Below the pieces are notes generated by a model. It did not search any database and had not been told where the DNA came from. It was given only the letters and a program-made list of their open reading frames with translations. From Selaginella moellendorffii (taxonomy: Eukaryota > Plantae > Lycopodiophyta), in contig NW_003314261.1 of the NCBI RefSeq assembly GCF_000143415.4, positions 2,925,266 through 2,989,265 of the forward strand: a stretch of DNA of 64,000 nt. The letters run 5' to 3'. The position numbers were made by a program, and so were the translations under genes. Below are positions 44,352 through 58,267 of this stretch, piece by piece. The first letter of the stretch is position 1. Each line of letters opens with the position of its first letter.

Positions 44352-47300
44352 TGTCGCGCATGTGACTTCGGGTATCGAAAGTTACCTGTCGGCTAGTCCT
44401 TACGGACACTCTTACCTTACTGCCACGATGGCAGGAGGTTGGTATTGCTGGACCCGTTATCAGTTCCCACTTGAACTAGTTGAGAAACTGGTCAATGAAC
44501 ATGCACTTAGATTGGATAAACATAAGGTAGGAACCCTATGTGTTTCTTGCTGAGCATACTCGGCCTGGTTTGAGAAACTTGTGTCATTGGCTTGCACTTG
44601 CTAGTATCAAGAACCCCCGCGATATTGAGATTGGTCCCTCAACATCGCTAGATGATAACTTACCGTGTCTGCCAAACACCCTCGCTATCATGCCCTTTGT
44701 GTTAGTCTTAATTCGTCCCAAATGCTATTTATGGAAAGTGTCCAGATTTGCTCATTTGGCATATCTACGGAATGTAGAGATCGTCCTAAACACAATGGTG
44801 TTCGTCCTGTGTCCAAATTCGCAATCTAGGGACATTCCATAATTAGTAAGTTTCGAGCTTGTCCCAGAGACTAACTCCTGATACTAAGGGAGGCTTGGGG
44901 TGAAAGCCCAAAGCGTGTGTTCCTCAAGGGGGGGGGGGTTATGGGGGGTTCCAAATGTATAGTAGGGATAGTGGGTAGGTCGGGCATGGCCGACCAACCT
45001 GAGGCATAGTCTAGCTCCCGCTTGCGTGCCTGTCCTTGTTCTGCGTCCGGCTTGGGTCTAAGCCCAAGTTCCATTCCATGCTAGTTGGTGGAGTACCCAT
45101 ATCCTCGCGTTAGGCCACCGGTATGCCGAAATAGCGCCAGACTCCGTTTGGCTCCGTTTTGCGTGCTGGTCCTGGCATTGGGATGCTGGTTGCTCTAGGA
45201 CTGTTCCAAGTCGCTCCGGGCCCCTGTCCCTTCGCTCCTTGGGCTATATGCTCGGGAGTTGCTCCGTGGTTCGGTTCCATCACTCCTTGGCTCCACGCTT
45301 AGGAGTTTGGCACCGTTCGTTCGTTCAGTGGCCCAAAGCCCTGAACCTCAAGTTCCTATGGACACGTGGCATGGACACGTGGCATGTGACACGTGGCATC
45401 TGTCACGTGGCACAAAGAGGGTTTAGGTTCCGCTTCGTGGTGTTATCCTATGGTAAATCACCATAGGATAAAGGGTCAAAACCACGTGCGCTACATTTGG
45501 TATCAGAGGATGAGTCTCAGCGAGTACTATTCAATGAGATTGGGCAACTAGTCTTGTTGCATACGCAGAGATGAAAACGATGATCCGAGTGGGTACACGT
45601 TTGGGTGCAAAGGCTTCGCAATTGGTTCCTTGGGTATGGATATTGTTACCTTGTTGTACCTTATGATGTGAGCTTGCGCTTGGGCTCATAGGATGGTTTG
45701 GAGATGTTCTGTTTGCACGAGTTTGAGCTTGAGCTCGTGAGTGAGGCACATTAGCAACTCGAGGTTACACTTTGAGTTGGCAGGATTAATGTTAGCCTAT
45801 CGTTGGTTCCATAAGTTGTTCTAGTGGTTCCGTGAGTTGTTCCTTGTACCATAGGTGAAAAGCAAACCTCCCTGGGTTTGCTGTGAGTGGCAAATAGGCT
45901 GGTCCATAGCTGTTTAGCACGGCACTAGTGGATCCTTCCTAGGCATGATTATAAGTGGATCAATCAAGACTGTAGGGAATAGTCTATTGGTTCAAGTAAT
46001 CATTGCCGTGCTCTCTCATAAACTTTTCTTGGATTGAATTGAAGGCAGTGCGAAAGCAAGCTTGAGGTTTGGTCAAAGATGAGACCGAAAAGAGAGTCAT
46101 CGGGGACGGAGGATCAAATACGTAAATCATTTTCTCTTCTTGGAGAGATGATTTGCAACGAGGTGTTAACTCATTGCTTGTATTCACATCATGCAATCAA
46201 GAGTCCCTATCTTGATGCATGTTGGAGATGGTGGTCTTACAATGGTGGGTTGTGGGATGGATAGTGGTGAAGTGCTATACCATTTTGTCTAAGCTTGCTA
46301 TTGGAAGACTTGGGTTGCGATGCTTAATTCTTTTCCGGGGAACCTTGCTATTGCTCCTTGAGTAGTTTGGTGTTGGATTAGTTTTGAGATTGGTCGGAAA
46401 GAGAGTGGCATGAGCTTGTCCGTGTTGTGAACAAAAGTTAGTGGTGTTGGGTGTCGTAAACCTCTATTGGTGGAGTGTGGCATTTATGTTGCATTTTGTC
46501 GAATCGAGTTGGCATTTGATATTCACATGAACGTTTGAAGTAATGACATAAGCCTTGCTCATTGCGTTACTCAATTGATGATCAAGTCATTGTGATTTAT
46601 ATCATATCCATGTGATAATGAGCAATGTGTTTACGAAGTTACTTGGGTAAATGATGATCAACCCCAAAGTGGTTGATGGAGAAGCTAGTCTACTTGCACG
46701 AAGTAGCATTGTAGTAGCTTTGACTGGATTCTCAATGGTGGTCCATTATGCTAAGCTTAAGTTGGTACCTTGTTTCCTTGAGGGTTTGCCCATAAGGTAT
46801 TGGGAATGGGTTGTAGCATTCATTTGCTATAGCTCATCTATTGATCCGTTAGCACTTGGAGTAGATTATTGGATGGAGAAGGTGTGAGGTTGATGCATTG
46901 ACATCGCTAGCACTTGTGTTAGTGGAAGTGGCATTGTTGATTCGAGTGATGAGGAATTTTCCTTAGAGCTTGATTTTCCATGTCATTTTTCTTGTTAGTG
47001 TTTTGACTTCACATTGAATCTTGAAGGTGATTGAAGAAGAGTGTTAGTGCAATGTGGATATCCAAAGATGTGGTCTTCGTGATCAAGTTTTAGATATTTA
47101 TTTAGCACTTTGCGGATGTCGGTGTTGGATATCGGTTAAATAGGCAAAGATGTTCGATGCTTAAGCATATTGTTGGATCACGAGAATTTGTGTTGAGGTG
47201 AGCCTATGTGAAGTTGTTGGTAGGAGGAAGTTGGTGAAGTCTTGAAAGTTTGCAATCCTGGACTGAGAGTCATTCTTTATCTAGGATGGGAAATTTTCCA

Positions 47301-50300
47301 CAAATTTTCTTAGACTTTTCCAATGGCTAATCTATTGATCATTTTGTCCGAAAACCATTCCGTTTTCGTAGGCCAGTACAAACTAGTGAAGAGGTTGGAG
47401 TTGACTTCGGTTAGCTTAGACCTTGGTAGGTAGTTTGTATGATGCAACCCGAAAGGGATGCTGACTTTTGGGGCTAAGGCAATTGAGTTGGATAGAGTCT
47501 GGAGTTGGTGTAGAAAAGTGGCCGTTGCGCTTTTCTAAGAAAGGTGACCCTTGTGCCTGTCTTCTATAGTGTTCTGCTTGGTGGTAGGTTGCACCTTGCA
47601 TTTCATTAGACTCTATGAGAGTAGTGAGCTCTCACTGATCTTGACTTGGTCTTGGTGGCCTTGCGCCTTGGCTGAGGATGGTGATGTCCAACTTAGTTGT
47701 TTGAGTTTGAAATGTTGGTACCCGTACTATAGCTTTGTCTATAAGGAGGTTGTGTACCGATATGAGTCCATCTCATGGTCTTCACTTTAGTTTCGACTGA
47801 GTGTTGATCACATAGCTAGCCTCTTCAAGGCATGCTCAGAGCTATTGACTAAATGCATTAGTGGGCTTATTGCGGTTGAGTTGGATTCGAGTGGTCATTT
47901 AGTTTGTGCTTGTCTATGAACTTTTATCTCATACTTGGGGTATTACGTTCATATTGGATGAGTATGTGACTCGATGATTTGAGTTGGTGTTCGGGTCTTG
48001 TGAAGGCAAGTTGAAGGGCGATTGTTAGTTGCTTTGCGACTAGTGATTACTTGTAGACTTTGTCAAAATGACCGTTGACACTTGCTTTGCTCGATGATGA
48101 TTTAGCAGTGGTGGACTTGCTTGACCGGATGGTATTGCGGAGGATCGTGTTGTTGGACTTGCATGGTTTTCCATGTTGGCATGTCGACTTTACCTCTGTT
48201 GATATCATTTGGTTACATTTAGTCCGTAGTGTTGGATTTCATTGAGTCTTGGACGTGGTGAATCACTCCTTGATGATGTGTTATCTGTAACTGAGTATTG
48301 TTAGAGGATTGGTCTCGGATACTAAGTATAGTATCTTCGACTTTGGTTAGCTTGGTTGCTGGAAAGCTCCAAGTGGTGATTCACTCTTGCTTTCTTCTAG
48401 CTTTGTCCTGGTGTTGATGCCATTAAAGTGATGCCTTGTCATTGATATTGTTGATATTGAGATCTGAGTGAAATGAGATATCCTTCCAAGGATTGATATT
48501 GAGTTTCATTAGTCTTGATGAATATAGTGTTGATGATTTGGCTATAGCTTTGTGTTGTTGGCATTCATGCATTTGCTAGTTAGCAACTGTGTTGACGTTC
48601 AAACGAACTGAGTGGCAAGTTGAGTTAGTTGTGTTCTAGACGAGATTATTTAGTAGAGGGTTGAGCTTTAGCTTTTCCTTGAAAAGTGATTTAGTCGTGG
48701 ACTATGCTAACTCTACGAGAAGAAGAGTTAATGATCGATATTAGAATGTTGAGTCCTTGCTGGATTTGAGTTCGGAATATAGCAATCATTAATGATTCTT
48801 TTTGAGCTTGTTATGAAGTGAGTTACGTCTTGCTATAGATGGATTCATGGGGGATCGTTTGATGATCACTTGTTAAGCATAGCTTCGTTATGCTTAGCTT
48901 TTGGATTGATGCAGAAATGCTCTTCATTAGCTTTGGCATTATGCAGTTTGGCTTATGGATGTGTTGAGGAAGATATTGTGGGTTGCACCATGATTTCTTC
49001 TTTAGCATTGAAGTTTGCTTCTATGAGACTCGTGATCATTATTAGGCAAGACTTAGTTATAGGCTTCTTCGAGCTTTTGGTTCTTGAGTTTTGTGCTCAT
49101 TGTTCCATTTGTTAGAAGTTGTTGGGGAAGGCATTTTGGCTCATTAGCTTCGATGTTGAAGTTGGCTTTTGCATCTAGCAATCATTGGTGATGATTGACT
49201 ATCATCTAGGAAAGTTGATTATCCTTGTCGAAGGTTTTGCTTGATTATCGTTGATCTAAAAAGATTTGCCATTGTTCCGGATGGTGGATTCTTTCTTCAA
49301 TGACGATTATGCATCTCTTTATTGATGGAATGATTGACGATCTTTCATGATAGTTGGTTGTTCTCTTTGATGGCTTTTGGCTTTTCGCAATACCACATGT
49401 TCTTTGTGGTTTGCTCTGGATTGGTCTCTTGAGCTTGAGACATCCATAGGATGTTGCTAACACTTGCTTAGGCAACTTGAGTTCCTTGATATTGTTGGCT
49501 GGGATCTATTTAAATTGGCTTTTGTGATAGTTGGCAGGCATGAGTGTTTGTTGGTCTTACCACATTCATTCTCTTCTGTTGATTGTTGCTCGAGTTAGTT
49601 TTGATAGATTTGGATGTTATTTCCTTCGGGTGATACATTCGCGAGCATTGTGCTTGTTAGTCAATGATACTTTGTGTTCTTTGAGTTGTGTTTTGTGAGT
49701 TGTTTGGCATGCTATCTGCAATCTTTAATAGTTAAATTTTATCATTGAGTTTACTTAATGATATACTTGCTATTGAATTTTGTTTAATGGTGATTCCTAT
49801 GTTTACCAATTATAATGATCTTGGTGGTTCCTATACTATAATACTAGTTTATCGGGTGATAACTTGTTTAGAATACTTTTGTGTTCTACTCTAATATATA
49901 ATCACTAGTAATTAAGCTTCTCAGATATCATTGTCTCTGACTTTGATATTGTCCATCCATTGATCTTTGAGTTTGGGCCAGTATAGGCAGACTGGCTTCG
50001 GCACTTCGTGTGCCTGTTGAAATCTCTAGTCATGGGGTAGCTACTGTAGACTGGTCACATAACCCGCCTCTCTGTCGATGTTCCTTGTTCCGTTGAAAGG
50101 GCGTGACCGTGTAAACAACTCTAAACTGCTTGTTTACAGTAGTCTATCTAAACCTTACTGACGGGTTTGGTTTCTTTGCTTAGGAGGGTTGGGGCCTCTG
50201 GCTTCTCTCTCTATGTTCCTGCGGGCAGGGGCATATCACACTTTTGTAAGCTGGGTGACTCCCAGAGCAGCAAGGGTGGCTGACTCCGTTGGTCATTTCC

Positions 50301-51642
50301 TTGTCGGCGACGGCCGGAAGGTGTCTGAGCTGGTAGCGCATCCGCGTTAGACAAAGAGGTTACCCCCTAACTCATTTAAGTTGGTGCATTTCTCACATAG
50401 TGTGAGTACCGTGAACTTTTTATGGAGTTGTTTCCTTGGCGGTATTCTAGACTCGAGTATGCATCGACGAGGACGTCGATCTTCCCAAGGGGGGGAGAGT
50501 GTCGCGCATGTGACTTCGGGTATCGAAAGTTACCTGTCGGCTAGTCCTTACGGACACTCTTACCTTACTGCCACGATGGCAGGAGGTCGGTATTGCTGGA
50601 CCCGTTATCAGTTCCCACTTGAACTAGTTGAGAAACTGGTCAATGAACATGCACTTAGATTGGATAAACATAAGGTAGGAACCCTATGTGTTTCTTGCTG
50701 AGCATACTCGGCCTGGTTTGAGAAACTTGTGTCATTGGCTTGCACTTGCTAGTATCAAGAACCCCCGCGATATTGAGATTGGTCCCTCAACATCGCTAGA
50801 TGATAGCTTACCGTGTCTGCCAAACACCCTCGCTATCATGCCCTTTGTGTTAGTCTTAATTCGTCCCAAATGCTATTTATGGAAAGTGTCCAGATTTGCT
50901 CATTTGGCATATCTACGGAATGTAGAGATCGTCCTGAACACAATGGTGTTCGTCCCGTGTCCAAATTCGCAATCTAGGGACATTCCATAATTAGTAAGTT
51001 TCGAGCTTGTCCCAGAGACTAACTCCTGATACTAAGGGAGGCTTGGGGTGAAAGCCCAAAGCGTGTGTTCCTCAAGGGGGGGGGGCTATGGGGGGTTCCA
51101 AATGTATAGTAGGGATAGTGGGTAGGTCGGGCATGGCCGACCAACCTGAGGCATAGTCTAGCTCCCGCTTGCGTGCCTGTCCTTGTTCTGCGTCCGGCTT
51201 GGGTCTAAGCCCAAGTTCCATTCCATGCTAGTTGGTGGAGTACCCATATCCTCGCGTTAGGCCACCGGTATGCCGAAATAGTGCCAGACTCCGTTTGGCT
51301 CCGTTTTGCGTGCTGGTCCTGGCATTGGGATGCTGGTTGCTCTAGGACTGTTCCAAGTCGCTCCGGGCCCTTGTCCCTTCGCTCCTTGGGCTATATGCTC
51401 GGGAGTTGCTCCGTGGTTCGGTTCCATCACTCCTTGGCTCCACGCTTAGGAGTTTGGCACCGTTCGTTCGTTCAGTGGCCCAAAGCCCTGAACCTCAGGT
51501 TCCTATGGACACGTGGCATGGACACGTGGCATGTGACACATGGCATCTGTCACGTGGCACAAAGAGGGTTTAGGTTCCGCTTCGTGGTGTTATCCTATGG
51601 TAAATCACCATAGGATAAAGGGTCAAAACCACGTGCGCTACA
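44352..51642 (+). mobile_element. Young, complete non-autonomous LTR retrotransposon, family B (Ty3/gypsy-derived)
   Basis: LTRs 44352-45495 and 50500-51642 differ by about 9 substitutions plus poly-G length. Perfect TSD GACTC, PBS tggtatcagag at 45498-45508, PPT aagggggggagag ending at 50499. The 5.0 kb internal region has no long ORF. Confidence 0.95.
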
Positions 51643-54348
51643 GACTCATTGGAAATCTTAAACTTAAACTAAAAGAATAAGACCAAAATCACAAAGTAAG
51701 ATGCCAAAATGCTTTAAAAACATTGATGTAAACATTAAATTCTAGACAAAAAGGAAAAAGAAAAAAAAAAGTGCTCCGTAGTATATGAAACATTCACTTT
51801 TAACATGGGGAAGATAATAGTATGACTATGATAATTTGGATGTGAATAATGTCTTTAATTCTCCTACTAGAAAGTTATAAATTTAAGTTATCAAGCACAA
51901 TGAGAAAAAAATCAAGAGTAAATTGGTTGTGAAAAAAAGATTACTGAGAAGCTTGTCTCTAAATCTACATGCCCCAAAAAAAAAAGATTCTTAAATTAGT
52001 TCCAAAATCATGAGGTTAGAGCATTGGAAATTTGGCATAAAAATAAAGGAGTGTGATATCCAAAATTTCTTATATATGACTGAATTTTCCACAAAATAAA
52101 GTGTTTTTTAGCTTTTTTGAAAAAGGATATTAATATGTGTCAACCCAAACAAAAAACAACTAAACTCAATGTTTTAATCATGAAAAATTGTTAGAAACCG
52201 AACATAAAAAACTAGTGCAAGAACATAAAAATCTTTAAGTTTGTGCTTTAGGTTTCTAAAAGTAAAAACTTTTATCTATCCTAGGTTTTTAAGGATATAA
52301 ATTTAGTCGTTAAAACTTGAGATTCCACTAAACATTGTTTGCACTTAACATTGTTTCTCTTGTTCCACCATGATTCTTTGATAATGTATTCGTAAAAGTG
52401 GATTGTTAAACTGGTTGTTAAGTGTCTTGAGCTTCCTTTGCAATCTTTAATAAATTTTTTACATGTTTGAGCAATGTAGTTGTGAAAATTATTAGGTCTT
52501 CAATTTTGGCAAGGTGATCAACCATAATATTTGCACAACATAAAGAAAAGTAGTTTTCAATATTTTTTTGTACAAATAATTCATATACCTTTTACTATAA
52601 ATAAAAACATTGTAAAAGAAAATAAAAACTAAAAATCAATCCTTAAAATATAAGGATCCTTAAAATATAAAGAATTAATTTTAGATTTGTTTTTCTTGGA
52701 TCAATATGTAATCATGATCATGCTATGCATTAAACCTTGCCTACTTTGAAAAAATGAAATCTCTCTCCTTAGAAAAAAAAAAGAAAAGAAAAGAAAACGG
52801 TCTATTTCATCCTCCTCCTTTGAAATTCACTTAAGTGCAACTTAAACTATAATTTAGTGTCAAATATGGCTATTTATATATTACATGAAAACATTTACCT
52901 CCAACAAAAATTATGAATAATGCATCATGGCTCATCATAAAAAAAACCCAATAATAACTTGATCTAGCTACTACTACCTTAGCACTATGAAGATGGGGAG
53001 CATAAAATAGCTTCTCTTTGCAAAACATATATGGTAGAAAACTAAGAATGGATTAAACCCTACAAAAAACTTTAGACTTGTTTTTGAGAGAAACTTCTAA
53101 AACACACTTGAAGTTTCTTGATGGGTAAATCTTTCCCATTAGGAAAAAGAAATGGCAAATTTTCCCATCGGGAGGCATATATTCTTGTTGGGAAGTATAA
53201 AGTAAATATTTCCTGTTGAGAACCTATCAAGAACATTTATCTCCCGTTGGGAAATTCATCTCTTGGGAAAATGTGTATCCATTAGAGTATTCATATGATC
53301 CTATTGGGATATCACTTTATCTGTTAGATAGTTACATATCTAGTATATGGTTAGGTATAATAAATGTTGATTATTAGTTCCTTAATGATTGGCCATTCAT
53401 TTTTAGCATTATATATAACTTGCCATAGAATTGCAAATTAGTGTTCTTTCTCATTTTTTTCTTGGGTAGGATGCTTAGCTTGTAACAACCAAGATGGCAA
53501 CTAACAACCTTCAATGTGTAAGGTATAAGGATGTTTCTTATGTTTTCTCAAGAACTAAATTACCAGACTACTCTTTTTAGTGAGGTGGATTCATCATTCA
53601 CCACAAATACTAAGTCAATAAGTTTGCCACCCATGGCTCTTTTTATGCAAATCCATATTTTACAACTAGGCACCGACTTGGCATACTTTTTTGGTAATGG
53701 TGACATCTTTACAAGACACATATCACTCACTTTGAGCAATATTGCGCATCAAATGACATTGTTGAGGATGATCACAAGCTCCATGACTCCTCAAAAATGC
53801 TCCCTAGCCAAATAATAGTGTGGGCAAAGACTATTTTAGAGGTAAACATGGCCAACTACTCCATGTTCAAGGCATCTTTCCAAAGTCACTTCGATCAGTA
53901 ATGACTAACAAATAGCTTACTTATAGACTTGCTCACTTTTTGGCAAGGAGCATGCAAATTTATGCTAGAGTATGTGATGTGGTCAGGTCTTACTGGAATG
54001 AGTGTATTTAGCACACGGTCATCACCAATGAAGCTCATGGCATCACTGCATTAATCTCTATTTAAACAAGAGTTTTAGATGTGTCATAAGGCATTCACTA
54101 CCACTAAAACTCTATATATGACCCTCTCCAAAAGCTCAAAATTCCAAGGTAAAGGAGGCTTTTCCATAGAGAGATCATGCACTACCATGGCTCATCCCCT
54201 TCTAGTCCCACCTAGCAATGATAGGGTTCCTCTAACAATTGAGGAAGCATCACCTTCTATTCCATTTTAGGATTTAAGGATTTGTGTTTTACATTACTAA
54301 CATAGAAATGAAGCTGAACTATTATGTCATATATGGTGTTGAGTTGGA

Positions 54349-54448
54349 NNNNNNNNNNNNNNNNNNNNNNNNNNNNNNNNNNNNNNNNNNNNNNNNNNNN
54401 NNNNNNNNNNNNNNNNNNNNNNNNNNNNNNNNNNNNNNNNNNNNNNNN
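54349..54448. other. Assembly gap (100 N)
   Basis: Run of N. Confidence 1.
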
Positions 54449-55050
54449 AAAGTTTCATATCACAAATTTTTTTTCATATTTTACCTAAAAATATGCTTAT
54501 TTCTCCAAACCCTGCAATACCCATGGGAGTAATTATTAACTCATATGTTAGAACTTGCTTTTCTAGTCTTTTAAGCTTGTAAGCAATATGGTCTTATAAT
54601 CTCTCTTTCTTCAATTCAATGTTTTTTTGTTCATTTAGTCTACTGTGGATAGGTTTTAAGAGCATTGAGCATTTGCAGGAGCCACTTGTGCAAAGAACAC
54701 CTACAAAAGAGCTCTAAAAGATCTCACATGTTACTGTTATCTCTTTGGTAAGAGGTCACCTAAGAAACAACAAGATGATGGATGATGGATCTAATGCCAT
54801 TTCAGATCCTTACTCTCATTTGCATGAGTAGCTAGCTCGCAATCTTAGCTTTCACTCACCAAATGCTCAAAATTGGAAACTTTATTGCGGAACATTTCTG
54901 GTTGAGTCTCAGGGTCAACCCCTGGATATGTTTCTCGACTCCACTGAAAAGGTCAGATTGACTATTCAACTGCAGAAGAATTCAAAGGAAGAAAGCTCAT
55001 AGCAACTCTTATTTCAGTTCTCTTGTATAATCAGAATATATTCACTTCGA

Positions 55051-55947
55051 TCATCTTCTGGTAAGAATGGGAAGAAGAATGACGAGGAGGATGATAATGA
55101 GAATGATTATCCCGATGCATGTCCACTTTCGGCTTCTCCTCTGCGATCGCTTGGCCTTGACCAGCTGCTGTGTTCCTCGATCCACAAAAGACGCTGCCTT
55201 GTTGACATGTTCCTCGATTGTATTAAGCTGCGCGCCCTGTGCGTCCACCAGTGTTGCCAGATCCTGGAAGATCTGCTGCAGCTCCCGCAAATTTTTCTCC
55301 ACTTCCATCATGGCATCGTGTCGCTCCTGAATCTCCTGGATTGTGTCGAGAATCTGCCTCCTCCCCTGCTCCTGGATGGCCTTTCGTAAGAAATTTTCGC
55401 TCTCCCCGGTCTGGATCATCCGCTCGATCACCTCCTGGCTCGCCTGTTCGCCCGTGACGGTGAAGTAACGGCGCTCGATCGTCCCGCGGTACTCGCTGCT
55501 CATCCTCTCCCGCAAGTTTGCGAAATCGGCCATGAGGTCGCGAAGCTTGATCCGGAGGCTGTTGGTGATGGACATCCTGGTTCGATCGGTGGACGAGCCC
55601 TCCTCGCAGCCCTTCACCTTCCTGTTGGCTAGATTGCTCGCATCCAGCGCCTCGAGCTTGGATTTGATGGAGCGCCCGTTCTTGAGCACGAGGGAGACGT
55701 GTTCGTCCATGCGCAACCGGAGCTCTCTCATGGCTCCCGGCCTGTGAATGCCCTTGGTCGACTCATTGTCCTCATTGAGCTTGAGGAGGAGCTCCTGGAT
55801 CGCGTCCATGCCGTCCTTAATCTTGCTCACCTCTTCGAAAAAACCCACCAGGCTCTTCTCCGAGTTGTGGACCGCCATCTCCACGTCCAGGGGGCTGGCC
55901 TCCATGTCGGATCCCCGAGGGAAGGAACTCGATAGCAAATTATTCAT
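55051..55947 (-). CDS. Qa-SNARE syntaxin, SYP12 group (intronless)
   Basis: Habc region with GSSTDRTR and ERRYFTVTGE, SNARE motif (EIQERHD...LVDAQGAQLNTIE) and a C-terminal transmembrane helix. Confidence 0.95.
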   Translation of the reverse strand: MNNLLSSSFPRGSDMEASPLDVEMAVHNSEKSLVGFFEEVSKIKDGMDAIQELLLKLNEDNESTKGIHRPGAMRELRLRMDEHVSLVLKNGRSIKSKLEALDASNLANRKVKGCEEGSSTDRTRMSITNSLRIKLRDLMADFANLRERMSSEYRGTIERRYFTVTGEQASQEVIERMIQTGESENFLRKAIQEQGRRQILDTIQEIQERHDAMMEVEKNLRELQQIFQDLATLVDAQGAQLNTIEEHVNKAASFVDRGTQQLVKAKRSQRRSRKWTCIGIIILIIILLVILLPILTRR

Positions 55948-56680
55948 CCTTTTAATCTACCAGTCGGCCAATCGATCGAATGAAACCTCTTAGCCCTTCC
56001 TTTCTCCTCCCTCAAAGAGCTTGCCAGGTTTGACCACGCGTGCACGCGGAGAAGAGAAAGAACTTTTCCAAGTGGAGACAAGAGAATATTCATCTTCTGG
56101 ACTGCATTAAAGTGTCTCAATTACCTTGTCTCCTTTTTCCTTGGAACGATCTTCTGTCTGGATGAACAAAAAAGGATCTATATGCTACATTTTACTCCAT
56201 TAATGCCACTTGGTATGAAGCACAACTAAGAACTTATGTTAACAAATTTGGGGACTAAATTATTTAGGAATGTTTAAGTTTCTCTCTGAGTCTAATGACA
56301 GTGTCAACGATGGTGTTAAATGTGAGATTAGAAGTGATCAGAAAAATAAAAAAGAAGATCATAAAATAAAAAAATAGTATAGTGTTATATGAAAACAAAT
56401 AATAGTAATGCTTTTTTTATTATGATGTATTTTTCTTTAGTATATAATACCATTATTTTGAAGTTTAAAAAAAATCAAAAGTATCCTTATTATTCTCTGA
56501 TTTCAGAAAAAGTAAATTCTACAATTTGATTCTAAAAATAATATTTTTCCATTTGAAGAGTGTCAAGAAAAAAAATTATTTTTAAATCCAGCATTTAAAG
56601 CTGCCAAATATTTATTTTTGATAAGTGGTTTTTATATGATATAAAAAGTAAGAAATTTTTCAAAAATAAAAAATCAAATC

Positions 56681-58224
56681 TATGAGTGCATGGAATATGG
56701 AAAAGGAATACAAAAATGTGCATATCAATTAGCCCAAAAACCCTAGCTTATATAGAGCGAGTGCTCCAGATTGAAACCAATCCGATGGCTACTAAAATCA
56801 CACTACGCTAATATTAGTATATGGCATTGTAGCCGTACACTTGGCCCTTACATCATCCCCTCCCCTCGGAATAATGGAAGGCCGTCAGGGTTCTCTTGTA
56901 GACGGGCCGAGATCTGGAGGAACGTCAGGAGGAGGCATCGATGGGTCTGTAGATGGTATTAATTGCTCATGATCCCTTTGTATGAAGCATTTCAACTGCT
57001 GCACATACACAATCTCCAGAAGATTAGCCTACTAAACGTCATGTTGAACCTCATAAACTTGTGGTCCAACTTGCCGCAACACCCGATACGGTCCTTTCCA
57101 CTGCACAAAGAGCCCCTTAGATAAACCACGTACCGTAAGATGGAGAAAACGGACTAACACCAAATCATCCACTTTGTACTCTGCAAGTGGATGATGATGG
57201 GAGTTGTAGCACTGTTGTTGTCCCACTTGTACGCGGCCTAAGTGTTTGGCAAACTCTGTTCGGACAAGTGGAAGAATGCTTGTCAAATATTAATCCCATA
57301 ACTTAGCATCGGGTGCTTATGGCAATCGCGAAGGTAAACCCAGCTCCGTTGATAATATTGGATCATGACCATATATAAGTTTATACGGTGAAGCACCAAC
57401 AGAACTCTACACCCCTGTGACATAGGCATACTGAAAAGACGGCAAATAACCATCCCAATCCAAATGCTGAAAGTTCACATACTTCACAATCATCCCTTTA
57501 AATGTCCGAACGAGCTGTTCCACCAAACCATCTGATTGTGGATGATAAGCATTCGTGAAAGTGTGGCGTATCTCCAACCGAGACATCAAAACATGAAATG
57601 TCTCAGCCATAAATGCAGGACCATTATCCAAAAGAATCCGCTCCGGACAAGAATGCTAAAACACCACTCGATTGAGGAGGAAATATCCAACAGCAGTTGT
57701 AAAGGCGCTAGCAAGAGCACTAACTTCCACCCAATGAGTTAAGTAGTCAGAAGCAATAATAACATACTCATTGCCAACAGTTGACTGTGGAAAAGGTCCC
57801 ATAAGATCAAACGCTACCAACTCAAACAGACAGGAAATTGCAATTGACTCCAACCGTCCTTCTGCAGCACAAGGGGGAGTATTATGAGATTGGCACCAAA
57901 TGCAGCTACACACATACCGAATAACATCATGTCGCATCTCCGGCCAATAGAAAGACCTGCGTAGCTTCTCGGTCACACGACGATGTCCCATATGCCCATC
58001 TAGAACAGGAGAATCATGGTAGGCATGGAGAAACTGCGGAATAAAGATAGAAGGCACCACTAGCTGTAAATGATCATTAGGATCCGTCCTCACAAAATAA
58101 AAAAGGCCATCTTCAAGGCAATATTGAGAATATAAATGCCGGAAAGGCAAATCATCAACAAGTGATGCAGGATCCTCAAATGCATCTTGAAGCCTTTAAA
58201 TCCACGACTCAATCTTTTGAGCCT
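56681..58224 (-). mobile_element. Truncated family-D Ty3/gypsy copy (3' LTR 56681-56852 plus integrase)
   Basis: Reverse complement of ~61731-63277. Integrase HHCC (GHMGH...CIWC), DDE core and GPY motif in broken ORFs. Confidence 0.92.
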
Positions 58225-58267
58225 CCAAATTTTAAAATGAATATACATATCAATTTAAAATTTGATT

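Noticed and set aside
44338-45466. Duplicated 70-110 aa ORFs (also at 50381-51613)
   Set aside because: They are duplicated only because they lie in the two LTRs, and they contain no protein motifs.
54284-54532. ORF spanning the N run
   Set aside because: Artefact of the assembly gap.
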